Shown: piece after piece, positions 39,277 to 47,011 of the stretch
Layout: each line of letters begins with the position of its first letter
Numbering within the stretch: the stretch's first letter is position 1
NCBI GenBank assembly: GCA_963643715.1
Contig: CAVILQ010000003.1
Location: 3,219 to 67,218 of the forward strand
Direction: 5' to 3'
Length of the DNA: 64,000 nucleotides
Source: a bacterium
GTDB lineage: Bacteria; Bacillota_I; Bacilli_A; RFN20; CAG-288
Program-made: the position numbers and the translations under genes
Notes under the pieces: model-generated
The model's input: the letters and a program-made list of their open reading frames with translations, nothing else
Database searches by the model: none
What the model was told of the DNA's origin: nothing

Positions 39277-40164
39277 TTAGTTTTCTCCCTTTTCTGCCAT
39301 TCTCATCTTTTCGCCGATTTCTGCAAATCTCTTGTTGAGATCATTCTGGGTGGCATTCAAGATTTTATCGAAATAGGAACTGAAGAGCTCAAAGTATTTC
39401 TTCGGATCGGTAGTCTGCTTCTTGCCGGTGAAGATTTCGCAATCGGAATAGACGGCATCACGTGCAAAGCGGAATTCCTCATCATTTTCGCCATAGGAAT
39501 TGAGAACGGCGACCATATCCTGATTGAGCTGATGGAATTCATTTTCCAACATACGGAAAGAAGGATCGTTTCTAGGATCGAATTCCGGATCCTTATGTGG
39601 ATCGATGCCATTATGCTCTTTGGAATAAGACTGAGCATAAGTGTTTGCATTATTGTTCAGTTCCAAGAACTTATCAGCAATCAACATACAGGAAATCTTT
39701 CCAGCAAAAGCGTGGAAGAAGCGGATATCTTCGTTGATGAGTTCTTCGAAATCGGATTCAAGCTTGCCTCTTTCTTTCAACGACTTCTTTGCGGCGAGCA
39801 TGAAAGCTTCCAACAATCCACGGAGTTTAACGATTGTGGAGAACAATTCGATGATCAAGGATTGCTCAACGCTGACTTTGCCATCGATTGTGACTGTGAC
39901 GATTCTACCAGGATCACCATAGACATCCTCGATAAAATACTGCATGTCCTCTTTAAGACTCTTGCCAGCATCGCCATTTGTATCACAGTTCATTGCGAAA
40001 GGAGAACCCTCCTGTGTCAATGCAACTAAAGCGTTATAGCGAGACTTTCTTTCGTTAAGATCGAAACCGGCAGTGTTTCTTGGCTGTAAGCAATACCATA
40101 ATGTAGACTCTACAATTCTAGCAATTGTAACAATCGTCATTACATTCTTTTCTTCATCGTTCAT
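39277..40164 (-). CDS. hypothetical soluble protein (295 aa, helical/charged), first gene of the cluster
   Basis: GTGAGGAAA RBS; extended -10 promoter upstream; antisense 280-aa ORF on + strand rejected on composition. Confidence 0.55.
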   Translation of the reverse strand: MNDEEKNVMTIVTIARIVESTLWYCLQPRNTAGFDLNERKSRYNALVALTQEGSPFAMNCDTNGDAGKSLKEDMQYFIEDVYGDPGRIVTVTIDGKVSVEQSLIIELFSTIVKLRGLLEAFMLAAKKSLKERGKLESDFEELINEDIRFFHAFAGKISCMLIADKFLELNNNANTYAQSYSKEHNGIDPHKDPEFDPRNDPSFRMLENEFHQLNQDMVAVLNSYGENDEEFRFARDAVYSDCEIFTGKKQTTDPKKYFELFSSYFDKILNATQNDLNKRFAEIGEKMRMAEKGEN

Positions 40165-40203
40165 AGATTTTCCTCACTTAAAAAGCACACAAGGCTAAAT
40201 ACT

Positions 40204-40231
40204 ATTATATCAAATGAAAAGACGTTTTAAA
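40204..40231 (-). promoter_or_regulatory. Candidate sigma-A promoter (TTTAAA-N16-TGaTATAAT) for the 40164..38916 gene pair
   Basis: Extended -10 TGnTATAAT read on minus strand ~35 nt upstream of ATG. Confidence 0.4.
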
Positions 40232-40239
40232 TAGATAAA

Positions 40240-40271
40240 AGAAAAAAGGAAGCGGCATGTACCGCTTCCTT
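40240..40271 (-). terminator. Rho-independent terminator after hpf
   Basis: ggaagcgg-catgtac-cgcttcc with T-run on minus strand. Confidence 0.6.
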
Positions 40272-40279
40272 TAAGGGGG

Positions 40280-40816
40280 TTACTGATCGACTTCGATTAA
40301 ACCATAGGTTCCGTCATCTCTTTCGTAGATGACATTGACTAAATCTGTGGAAGAATCTAGATAAATGAAGAATTTATGTCCCAAGGCATCCATTCTGGTA
40401 AGTGCTTCATCCACATCCATAGGTGCGAGAGACAATTTCTTTTTCTTGACGATTTCGGCAACATCCACGTCTTCAGAGATGTCATCCATAAGGAAGTTCT
40501 CCGATAATGAATGGGTCTTATGTGCTTTCTTCCATTGTGTTTTCATTTTGCGCATCTGACCAGTCAGCTTTTCAACTAACAAATCGAGAGCATTGTAGAA
40601 ATCATCGGCGATGACTTTGGCTCTAAGATCGACGCCAGTCGTAGAAAGCGAAGCTTCAACGGCTTTGCCGTGGTTCGGGAGAATCGAAAGTGTTACGACA
40701 CAGCGGACTTCATCGGATTCACGGAACAGCGAATCGAATTTCATCAACTTCTCTTCGACGGCTTTCTTCATAGCGGGGGTAATGTTGACATCTTTGGATA
40801 CATAAGTGATTTTCAT
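40280..40816 (-). CDS. hpf: ribosome hibernation promoting factor (long form, S30AE family)
   Basis: MKITYVSKDVNITPAMKKAVEEKLMKF... KVIADDFYNALDLLVEKLTGQMRKMK matches HPF N-domain; C-terminal dimerisation domain; AGGAG RBS. Confidence 0.85.
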   Translation of the reverse strand: MKITYVSKDVNITPAMKKAVEEKLMKFDSLFRESDEVRCVVTLSILPNHGKAVEASLSTTGVDLRAKVIADDFYNALDLLVEKLTGQMRKMKTQWKKAHKTHSLSENFLMDDISEDVDVAEIVKKKKLSLAPMDVDEALTRMDALGHKFFIYLDSSTDLVNVIYERDDGTYGLIEVDQ

Positions 40817-40929
40817 GGTAGCTGGCTCCTTTCTATCCATTAATATTATAAACGCTTTCTAAGGTGAAATAAAGGCATATAATCCAATATTTCGGAAAAT
40901 CGCACGATATTATTTGGAAGCGCTTACTG

Positions 40930-42432
40930 CTATTGCTTCTTTTCTAGTTCTTCCGTCAAATACCAGTTTTCTCTATCGATGATCTTAATCATGCCAGGCT
41001 CAGTGTCTTTTAACACCTCACCGCCCTCCTCTGAGTAGAATTTAATCAGATTCAAGGCATCATGGGTGATGAATTCGCCAGGGATGACAACTGGAATTCC
41101 TGGTGGATATGCCATAATGGTTTCAGCAGATATCTCGCCGAGGCAATCACTGAGTGGAATGACAGAATGCGGAGCGTCGTATGCTTCACGCGGCGGAACA
41201 AACGTCGTCGGGAAAGAGTAATTGAAGTCCGGTATTTGTTTTATTGGCGAACTTTCAATTTCATCTGACAATCTTTGGAATGATTCAATTAGTCTATTGA
41301 TATGTTCTAATGTGGTTCCCGGTCCAATGATAGCAAGAACAACGGATACTTCACCAAGTTCTAATTGAACATTGTATTCCTTACGGATTCTTTTATAAAC
41401 TTCATATCCGTATAGTCCAAGGCCTCTTACATCGATGACTAATTTAGTCAAATCGATATCGTAGACGCCATCAGTATGATGAGTATCGATGTATTCTTTT
41501 CCATAGACATGAATGCCTTTGATCTTATTTAGCTTTGCACGAGCGTAGATAGCCAAATCCAAATTGGATTGAATGATTTCCTCACCATGTATAGCCATCT
41601 CTTTTCTAGCGGCATCTAATGACGCAATCAAGATATGATAGGGAGAAGTGGATGAGAACATAGCAAAAGCTCTCTTCACTTCGGAATAGTTGATTCGATC
41701 GCCTTTTGTAAGAATGAAAGATGTCTGGGTCAATGAACCGGAATTTTTATGCATGCTCATCGCCGTGATATCAGCGCCAGCATCCATTGCAGATATAGGA
41801 AGTTGTTTCGAAAAATAAAAGTTAGAGCCATGGGCCTCATCACAAATGACAATCAGGTTACGTTTATGAGCTTCTTCTACAACCTTTTTTAAGTCACAGA
41901 CTACGCCAAAATAGGTCGGATTGATAACGAAAACTGCTTTGGCAGTTGGATTTTCATCCATGGCTTTAATATAGGTCTCTGTCGAAACCCCACAGGCAAC
42001 ACCTAACTTCTGGTCGATGATAGGTGAAACGAAAATAGGAATTGCACCAGAAATGATAAGAGCGTTGATTACGGACTTATGCACATTTCGAGGCAAGATG
42101 ATTTTGTCTTTTACATTGAGACAGGCCATGATGATACTAAGAATTCCACCAGTTGTTCCATTTACAGAAAAAAGGCAGTGATCAGCATGACAAGCCTCAG
42201 CAGCCAATGCTTCAGCTTCTTTGATCACGCCCGTTGAGTTATATAGATTATCTAGTCCTAAAGGTGCATTAACATCGTATGAACTGAATTCGTCACAGAT
42301 TTTCCTAGAAAGATCCGTCTTAAAAGAACCAAGTTTGTGGCCTGGCACATCAAACGGTGTCGGATTAGAAGAAACATAATCAATCATCGCATCCAAAAAT
42401 GGAGTGATATGCTGATCTCTAGAATCTTTCAT
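40930..42432 (-). CDS. PLP-dependent Orn/Lys/Arg decarboxylase family protein (SpeA/YaaO-like)
   Basis: DVPGHKLG, FSVNGTTGGILSIIMAC, PRNVHKSVI, PLP-lysine SMHKNSGSLTQTS; collinear with B. subtilis SpeA. Confidence 0.8.
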   Translation of the reverse strand: MKDSRDQHITPFLDAMIDYVSSNPTPFDVPGHKLGSFKTDLSRKICDEFSSYDVNAPLGLDNLYNSTGVIKEAEALAAEACHADHCLFSVNGTTGGILSIIMACLNVKDKIILPRNVHKSVINALIISGAIPIFVSPIIDQKLGVACGVSTETYIKAMDENPTAKAVFVINPTYFGVVCDLKKVVEEAHKRNLIVICDEAHGSNFYFSKQLPISAMDAGADITAMSMHKNSGSLTQTSFILTKGDRINYSEVKRAFAMFSSTSPYHILIASLDAARKEMAIHGEEIIQSNLDLAIYARAKLNKIKGIHVYGKEYIDTHHTDGVYDIDLTKLVIDVRGLGLYGYEVYKRIRKEYNVQLELGEVSVVLAIIGPGTTLEHINRLIESFQRLSDEIESSPIKQIPDFNYSFPTTFVPPREAYDAPHSVIPLSDCLGEISAETIMAYPPGIPVVIPGEFITHDALNLIKFYSEEGGEVLKDTEPGMIKIIDRENWYLTEELEKKQ

Positions 42433-42442
42433 GGCTGAAAAG

Positions 42443-42706
42443 TCACTTGTTTGTTAAATAGGATTCTAATGCTTTTGAAAGCTGGTCAGGACAGGAAGTC
42501 GGTTTGACACCGCAAGTGACGCCACTAAGTTTCTCAGCAACATCCTTGACATCCATTCCGATAATCAATTTACGAACACCAGCCAAGTTTCCGGGGCATC
42601 CACCCTTGACGGTGAAATCGATGATTTTATTTGTGTCCTCATCGATTTTGAAGGTCATCAATGATGAACAGGTTCCATGAGGCCGGTAAGTGAATTCTTT
42701 AATCAT
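42443..42706 (-). CDS. TSCPD domain-containing protein (TIGR03905-like)
   Basis: Eponymous motif GVKPTSCPDQL plus CSS...GGCPGN cysteines; 87 aa. Confidence 0.7.
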   Translation of the reverse strand: MIKEFTYRPHGTCSSLMTFKIDEDTNKIIDFTVKGGCPGNLAGVRKLIIGMDVKDVAEKLSGVTCGVKPTSCPDQLSKALESYLTNK

Positions 42707-42784
42707 GATTAATCCTCCTTGTTAAGGCGCTATAAATATATCATAAATTCAAATGATTGAACAAAATAAGGTAGCAAAGCTACC

Positions 42785-43732
42785 CTATTTCTTGAATTTT
42801 CTTTGTTGTTCAGGCATAGAGCCATAATAGTCTTTGCCGTTTAGATACTTTTCAAATGTGGAATAGTTGAAACCGGATTTCAGAATATCATTGTAACAGT
42901 CTTCCAATATTTCAAAGGCGGAAGTGTGAAGCTCAAGGAAAGAGTCGGAATGCTCCTCACCAGTACAAGGATCAAGCCAAACGTTCTTATCAACGTTCAA
43001 TGTGGATGCATTGGCTTCTTTTGGATGATGCATAGCTGAAAGAGCAATGTTCTTACCCAATAGCTTTGCCTTGAAACCACCATGATGGTTCATTGACTTC
43101 AGCAAGGACTTCATATTCAAAATCGCATTCGTATACATATGCTTTGGAAGTCGACAGGAAAACATTTTCTCAAGGACAGGAACAAGGTTCCAATCAATGA
43201 TTTCAAGATTTCTCCTATTATCAGGAATGATATCCTGTGGATAAGAAAGAAAATGACTGATGGAATATTTGTTCGCTAAAGAACAGTCAATGTTTGTCTC
43301 AAAATATGCATGGTCAAAATGGTAGTGGGATGTGATTTTACCCTCATCATCAAAACCGGATTCATACAGGATGTAGGGATGCGCTTCTCGGTCTAACAAG
43401 TAGTGTGCGAATTGTCCGAAAATGAAGGCCTCAAACTTTTTCTTCTCTTTCACATTGTCGATGGAATAGGAAGTTTCAATTAGCAATTTGAAAAATTGTT
43501 TTCCGTTTGTTTTATGAAGCTTATTTCCTATTTTTTTCAAAGCAGTAGGAAGATGAAGTCCATTCTTCAGTAAAATGCCGACATAAAACAACGGATCAGG
43601 ACCTAACGATCCCAAAACAAGCATGTCATAATTTTCTTTGATGAACGAATCAATGCTCTCTAGATGGCCCAATTCGTTTTCGTGATTATAAAATCTCTTT
43701 ACAATCAAAGAATGAGCAAGAAGATTCGGCAT
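42785..43732 (-). CDS. zinc-dependent phospholipase C family-like protein (uncertain)
   Basis: N-terminal LLAHSLIV...GSLGPDPLFYVG and HYLLDREAHPYI His-rich pattern typical of this cytoplasmic family; family-level only. Confidence 0.4.
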   Translation of the reverse strand: MPNLLAHSLIVKRFYNHENELGHLESIDSFIKENYDMLVLGSLGPDPLFYVGILLKNGLHLPTALKKIGNKLHKTNGKQFFKLLIETSYSIDNVKEKKKFEAFIFGQFAHYLLDREAHPYILYESGFDDEGKITSHYHFDHAYFETNIDCSLANKYSISHFLSYPQDIIPDNRRNLEIIDWNLVPVLEKMFSCRLPKHMYTNAILNMKSLLKSMNHHGGFKAKLLGKNIALSAMHHPKEANASTLNVDKNVWLDPCTGEEHSDSFLELHTSAFEILEDCYNDILKSGFNYSTFEKYLNGKDYYGSMPEQQRKFKK

Positions 43733-43756
43733 TTTGATTCACCTTAATTATTGAAA

Positions 43757-44401
43757 TTAGAAATCAATCTTTACAAGAGAACCGATAACGCCTGTGCTTG
43801 CGCCGCCAACGGCATTTGATTCATCCGTATCAATATGCATAGCAAGAGCATATTTAGGAGATACACGAATAACAGTGTCACCGAGAACGGCACTTCTTCC
43901 GTTAGGAGAGACAATCTTGACAGCAACAATATCACCATTCTTGACATCAAATTTCTCTGCATCTTCCGGAGTCATATGGATATGTCTCTTTGCGATGATC
44001 ATACCCTCTTTGCAATCGAGTGATTTTCCGTTGAGAGGATTGACCAAAGTGACAGGTGCGCTACCCTCTAAGTCACCGGATTCTCTGACAGGAACGTTTG
44101 CCTTTAAGGAACGAGCCTCAGTCATGGAGATTTCGACCTGGTTGGCACTTCTGACAGGTCCTAAGATGGACATATTCTTGATTGTGAAATCCTTCTTTTC
44201 AATTTCACCAGTGACTTTGTTTTTGACAGAAGCATGATATACGATATCAAGTCTCTTATCAGAAGCAAACTGACCCGGCTGTGAAAGTTCCTTTCTAACA
44301 CCTAATACAGCACCATCGCCGAAAAGATATTCTAAAGCTTCCTGAGTGACATGGATATGATGTGCACTGGTTTCTACAATAAATGTGTCTTTTTCATTCA
44401 T
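43757..44401 (-). CDS. pduL: phosphate propanoyl/acetyl-transferase PduL family
   Basis: Two PduL half-domains with conserved SAHHIHVTQEALEYLFG and KRHIHMTPEDAEKFDVKNGDIV. Confidence 0.75.
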   Translation of the reverse strand: MNEKDTFIVETSAHHIHVTQEALEYLFGDGAVLGVRKELSQPGQFASDKRLDIVYHASVKNKVTGEIEKKDFTIKNMSILGPVRSANQVEISMTEARSLKANVPVRESGDLEGSAPVTLVNPLNGKSLDCKEGMIIAKRHIHMTPEDAEKFDVKNGDIVAVKIVSPNGRSAVLGDTVIRVSPKYALAMHIDTDESNAVGGASTGVIGSLVKIDF

Positions 44402-44469
44402 GATAATTTACCTCTTTAAAAATTGTACCACATTGACGAATAGTCGGATAAGAATATTAGCAAGACAGC

Positions 44470-44814
44470 TTATTTGTTGTGTTCTTTGTTGTATTTCTCT
44501 AATTCTTTGTTTGCTTGTTCTTGTTCCTTCAATATTCTGATAAAGTCTTCTAGGCTCTGTTGTTCTTCTTGGACCAACTGAACATCTTTGATTTCAGGAA
44601 TTTCATCCATAAGAAGGACAGCGATTGTATCAGAAACATCCGAACTTGCCATATAGCAGCCGTTGCATGCGCCGCTCATTTTCACATAGCAAGTGTTGCT
44701 ATCGAAATCGTAGTGATCCAAGTGGACATCACCGCCTTCACGCTGTAAAAACGGGCGCAGTCTCTCTAATACATCGTTGATTTTTTCACAAAATTTTTCT
44801 TGTTCTTCATTCAT
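44470..44814 (-). CDS. NifU/Nfu-type Fe-S cluster scaffold domain protein
   Basis: REGGDVHLDHYD...VKMSGACNGCYMASSDV matches Nfu C-terminal GGD..L...G.C.GC motif. Confidence 0.75.
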   Translation of the reverse strand: MNEEQEKFCEKINDVLERLRPFLQREGGDVHLDHYDFDSNTCYVKMSGACNGCYMASSDVSDTIAVLLMDEIPEIKDVQLVQEEQQSLEDFIRILKEQEQANKELEKYNKEHNK

Positions 44815-44919
44815 AACTGATTTCTCCGTGAAACATTATATCACTCATGTAATTTAACTTTTTGAAATAAAATTCATTTTTTCTCTTTTGTGCATATATG
44901 TATTTATGGAGGCACAAAT

Positions 44920-46071
44920 ATGAGTAATTTTCTATGCTACAGATACAGAATGAATCTGAAAGACGAACAAAAGGAAGAGTTTGACGAACTGTATAGGTGT
45001 TATGTCGCAGTTATCAATCAGTCGATTGCCTTGATCTCTGTGAATGATGGATTTGGAAAGAGAAATATAGATTTGGATTTCAGTTTATGGAATCAGAAAA
45101 TGAGTGGTTTGCCAGAAACATGTTACATCAGAAAACGATTCTCCCCCTTATTGCATTATATAAGGAATACAGTCAGATACTATGAAAGAAGCAGACTACA
45201 AGGAAGAGCAGTTTCTAAGTGCAAAAATCCTCAATCTATTGTAGCTTCAATTCCATTTTATCCGAAGGATGTCAATATAAACTTTAAACGAACATCACCA
45301 AAGATGGCAGAATTGAATCTCTTGCCATTTGGGCCGATTCAATTACAGTATCATAGGCCGTTTCCGAAAGATAGCCATTGCATCCTGATGACTATGAAAA
45401 GAGAACTAGATAAGAGGTATTATCTAGATTTCCTATTAAACAATGCATATAGCACTCTTTTGCCAAAAAGGAACATTGAATTAGATGATATACTTGGCAT
45501 CGATTTCTCTTTGAAGCATTTCTTTGTCTCTACAGATGACACTATCTTTGCAAATATGCAAATGATCGTACCATCAAGAAAGAAACAAAAACTGATAGAA
45601 ATACGAAGGAATAATTATATTCGCTCAGAAGATGAATCCAAAAACAAAGAAAGAAAAAGAATGCTATATGTGGAATCATTAAGACGAATAAAAGAAAACA
45701 GAAGACAATACTTCTATACGCTAGCTCACAAGATTTTTGAAAAGTATGAAGCAGTAGCAGTTGAAACACTGGAACTTAGCAAAATAAAGGAAAACAAAAA
45801 TTATTCAAAATTGATTGTGAAGGAAAGTTATCATCAGTTTGAAATGATATTAGATGAAGTGGCGAAGAAAGAAGGAAAAAGAGTAATCAGAATCCCTAAA
45901 TGGTATCCATCATCAAAAATCTGTTCGTTTTGTGAAGCGAAAAAAGAAGACCTGAAAGTATATGAGAAGGAATGGATATGCCCTAACTGTAAAAAGATAG
46001 TCCAAAGAGACAAAAATGCGGCAGAGAACATCAAAAGGAAAGCCTATGAAATGATCAAAAAAGAAAAGTGA
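44920..46071 (+). CDS. tnpB: IS200/IS605-family TnpB (OrfB) RNA-guided endonuclease-like transposase accessory protein
   Basis: C-terminal zinc finger CSFC...CPNC followed by RDKNAAENIKRKA (RuvC-III DxNAAxNI hallmark); GGAGG RBS at 44909; no tnpA nearby. Confidence 0.85.
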   Translation: MSNFLCYRYRMNLKDEQKEEFDELYRCYVAVINQSIALISVNDGFGKRNIDLDFSLWNQKMSGLPETCYIRKRFSPLLHYIRNTVRYYERSRLQGRAVSKCKNPQSIVASIPFYPKDVNINFKRTSPKMAELNLLPFGPIQLQYHRPFPKDSHCILMTMKRELDKRYYLDFLLNNAYSTLLPKRNIELDDILGIDFSLKHFFVSTDDTIFANMQMIVPSRKKQKLIEIRRNNYIRSEDESKNKERKRMLYVESLRRIKENRRQYFYTLAHKIFEKYEAVAVETLELSKIKENKNYSKLIVKESYHQFEMILDEVAKKEGKRVIRIPKWYPSSKICSFCEAKKEDLKVYEKEWICPNCKKIVQRDKNAAENIKRKAYEMIKKEK

Positions 46072-46260
46072 AATGAATGTTTTCCAAGCCCATGGAAATA
46101 AGTCATTGTAGTCTGAGAAAAAACACCCTGAAGAGAAAACTCTAGAGATGACAGCGTAAGACATACGCATGGGACAACTCGAATCTAGTTCGAAATCAAT
46201 GAAAAAAGGTACTCGATATGAAAAACAAATCGATTATAAGAATAAAATCAGAATAGCGGA
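45990..46260 (+). ncRNA. Candidate TnpB omega-RNA / right-end scaffold region
   Basis: Inference from family biology; stem gcccatgg(46088-46095)...catgggac(46168-46175) and further local hairpins 3' of tnpB. Confidence 0.3.
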
Positions 46261-46337
46261 GAGAACAAATAGGAAAAGATTGAAACATGATTAAGAAGAG
46301 ATATGAAACTCTTCAGTTTTTCAATTTGGTATAGATA

Positions 46338-46370
46338 GTATAAAAACAAAAAAAGCCAATCACTTGGCTT
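46338..46370 (-). terminator. Rho-independent terminator of tRNA operon
   Basis: aagccaa-tcac-ttggctt; on minus strand followed by TTTTTTTGTTTTT. Confidence 0.55.
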
Positions 46371-46401
46371 TAAAGACGATATAGTAGGACAGGAGATTTA
46401 A

Positions 46402-46489
46402 TGGTGCCCGGGGCCGGACTTGAACCGGCACGGATTATTAGTCCGCGGGATTTTAAATCCCGTGCGTCTACCGATTTCGCCACCCGGGC
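46402..46489 (-). tRNA. tRNA-Leu (anticodon TAA), long variable arm, CCA encoded
   Basis: Folded by hand: acceptor GCCCGGG/CCCGGGC, anticodon loop TTTAAAA, variable arm CGGACTAATAATCCGTG, T-loop TTCAAGT. Confidence 0.85.
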
Positions 46490-46496
46490 AAGAAGA

Positions 46497-46572
46497 TGGT
46501 GACTCGTATGGAACTCGAATCCATGGCCCCTTGATTAAAAGTCAAGTGCTCTACCGACTGAGCTAACGAGTC
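46497..46572 (-). tRNA. tRNA-Lys (anticodon TTT), CCA encoded
   Basis: Acceptor GACTCGT/ACGAGTC, D-arm GCTCAGTCGGTAGAGC, anticodon stem CTTGA/TCAAG loop CTTTTAA, T-arm ATGGA-TTCGAGT-TCCAT. Confidence 0.9.
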
Positions 46573-46579
46573 ATTTAAT

Positions 46580-46654
46580 TGGCTGGGATAGAAGGGCTCG
46601 AACCTTCGCATATCAGAGTCAAAGTCTGATGCCTTACCACTTGGCTATATCCCA
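46580..46654 (-). tRNA. tRNA-Gln (anticodon TTG), CCA encoded
   Basis: TGGGATATAGCCAAGTGGTAAGGC...CTTTGAC...TATCCCAGCCA closely parallels Bacillus tRNA-Gln. Confidence 0.9.
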
Positions 46655-46709
46655 ACATATGGCCAGTGCACTGAATATTCCAACTGAAACATCAATAAGA
46701 TAACATAGG

Positions 46710-46793
46710 TGGTGGGCGGTCGTGGATTTGAACCACGGAACCCGAAGGAACAGATTTACAGTCTGCCGCATTTGGCCGCTTTGCTAACCGCCC
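46710..46793 (-). tRNA. tRNA-Tyr (anticodon GTA), long variable arm, CCA encoded
   Basis: Acceptor GGGCGGT/ACCGCCC, anticodon loop CTGTAAA, variable hairpin CCTTCGGG, T-arm CGTGG-TTCAAAT-CCACG. Confidence 0.85.
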
Positions 46794-46822
46794 ACATATT
46801 ACGCAACTGATCTTTACAAGAA

Positions 46823-46899
46823 TGGTGGATGCTAAGAGACTTGAACTCCTGACCCCCGCCGTGTAAAGGCGATGCTCTAACCAACTGAGCTAAGCATCC
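46823..46899 (-). tRNA. tRNA-Val (anticodon TAC), CCA encoded
   Basis: Acceptor GGATGCT/AGCATCC, D-arm GCTCAGTTGGTTAGAGC, anticodon stem TCGCC/GGCGG loop TTTACAC, T-loop TTCAAGT. Confidence 0.85.
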
Positions 46900-46921
46900 G
46901 CCGAATTTTCAGCGCTTTGAT

Positions 46922-46950
46922 ATTATAACAATACAAAACTGATAATTCAA
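46922..46950 (-). promoter_or_regulatory. sigma-A type promoter of the tRNA operon (TTGAAT-N17-TATAAT)
   Basis: Read on minus strand: -35 TTGAAT (46945-46950), 17-nt spacer, -10 TATAAT (46922-46927), ~20 nt upstream of tRNA-Val. Confidence 0.6.
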
Positions 46951-46960
46951 GCAAATATTG

Positions 46961-46992
46961 CTCATAGATTCATAATTTTATGAACCTATGAG
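46961..46992 (-). terminator. pgi terminator (15-bp near-perfect hairpin)
   Basis: ctcatagattcataa-ttt-tatgaacctatgag, 1 mismatch; between pgi stop and tRNA promoter; T-run weak. Confidence 0.45.
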
Positions 46993-47011
46993 CAGATGAG
47001 TGTTTTATTGC

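Larger units (their letters stand above)
44840..46300 (+). mobile_element. Putative IS605-family (IS1341-like, tnpB-only) insertion element; ends not resolved
   Basis: Solo tnpB flanked by short noncoding arms, abutting tRNA operon terminator; boundaries are guesses. Confidence 0.4.

Noticed and set aside
39187-40029. 280-aa + strand ORF overlapping the 295-aa - strand gene
   Set aside because: F/I/L-rich, Cys-rich composition typical of antisense translation of a purine-rich coding strand. No RBS. The minus-strand gene has an RBS and promoter and is coupled to the next gene.
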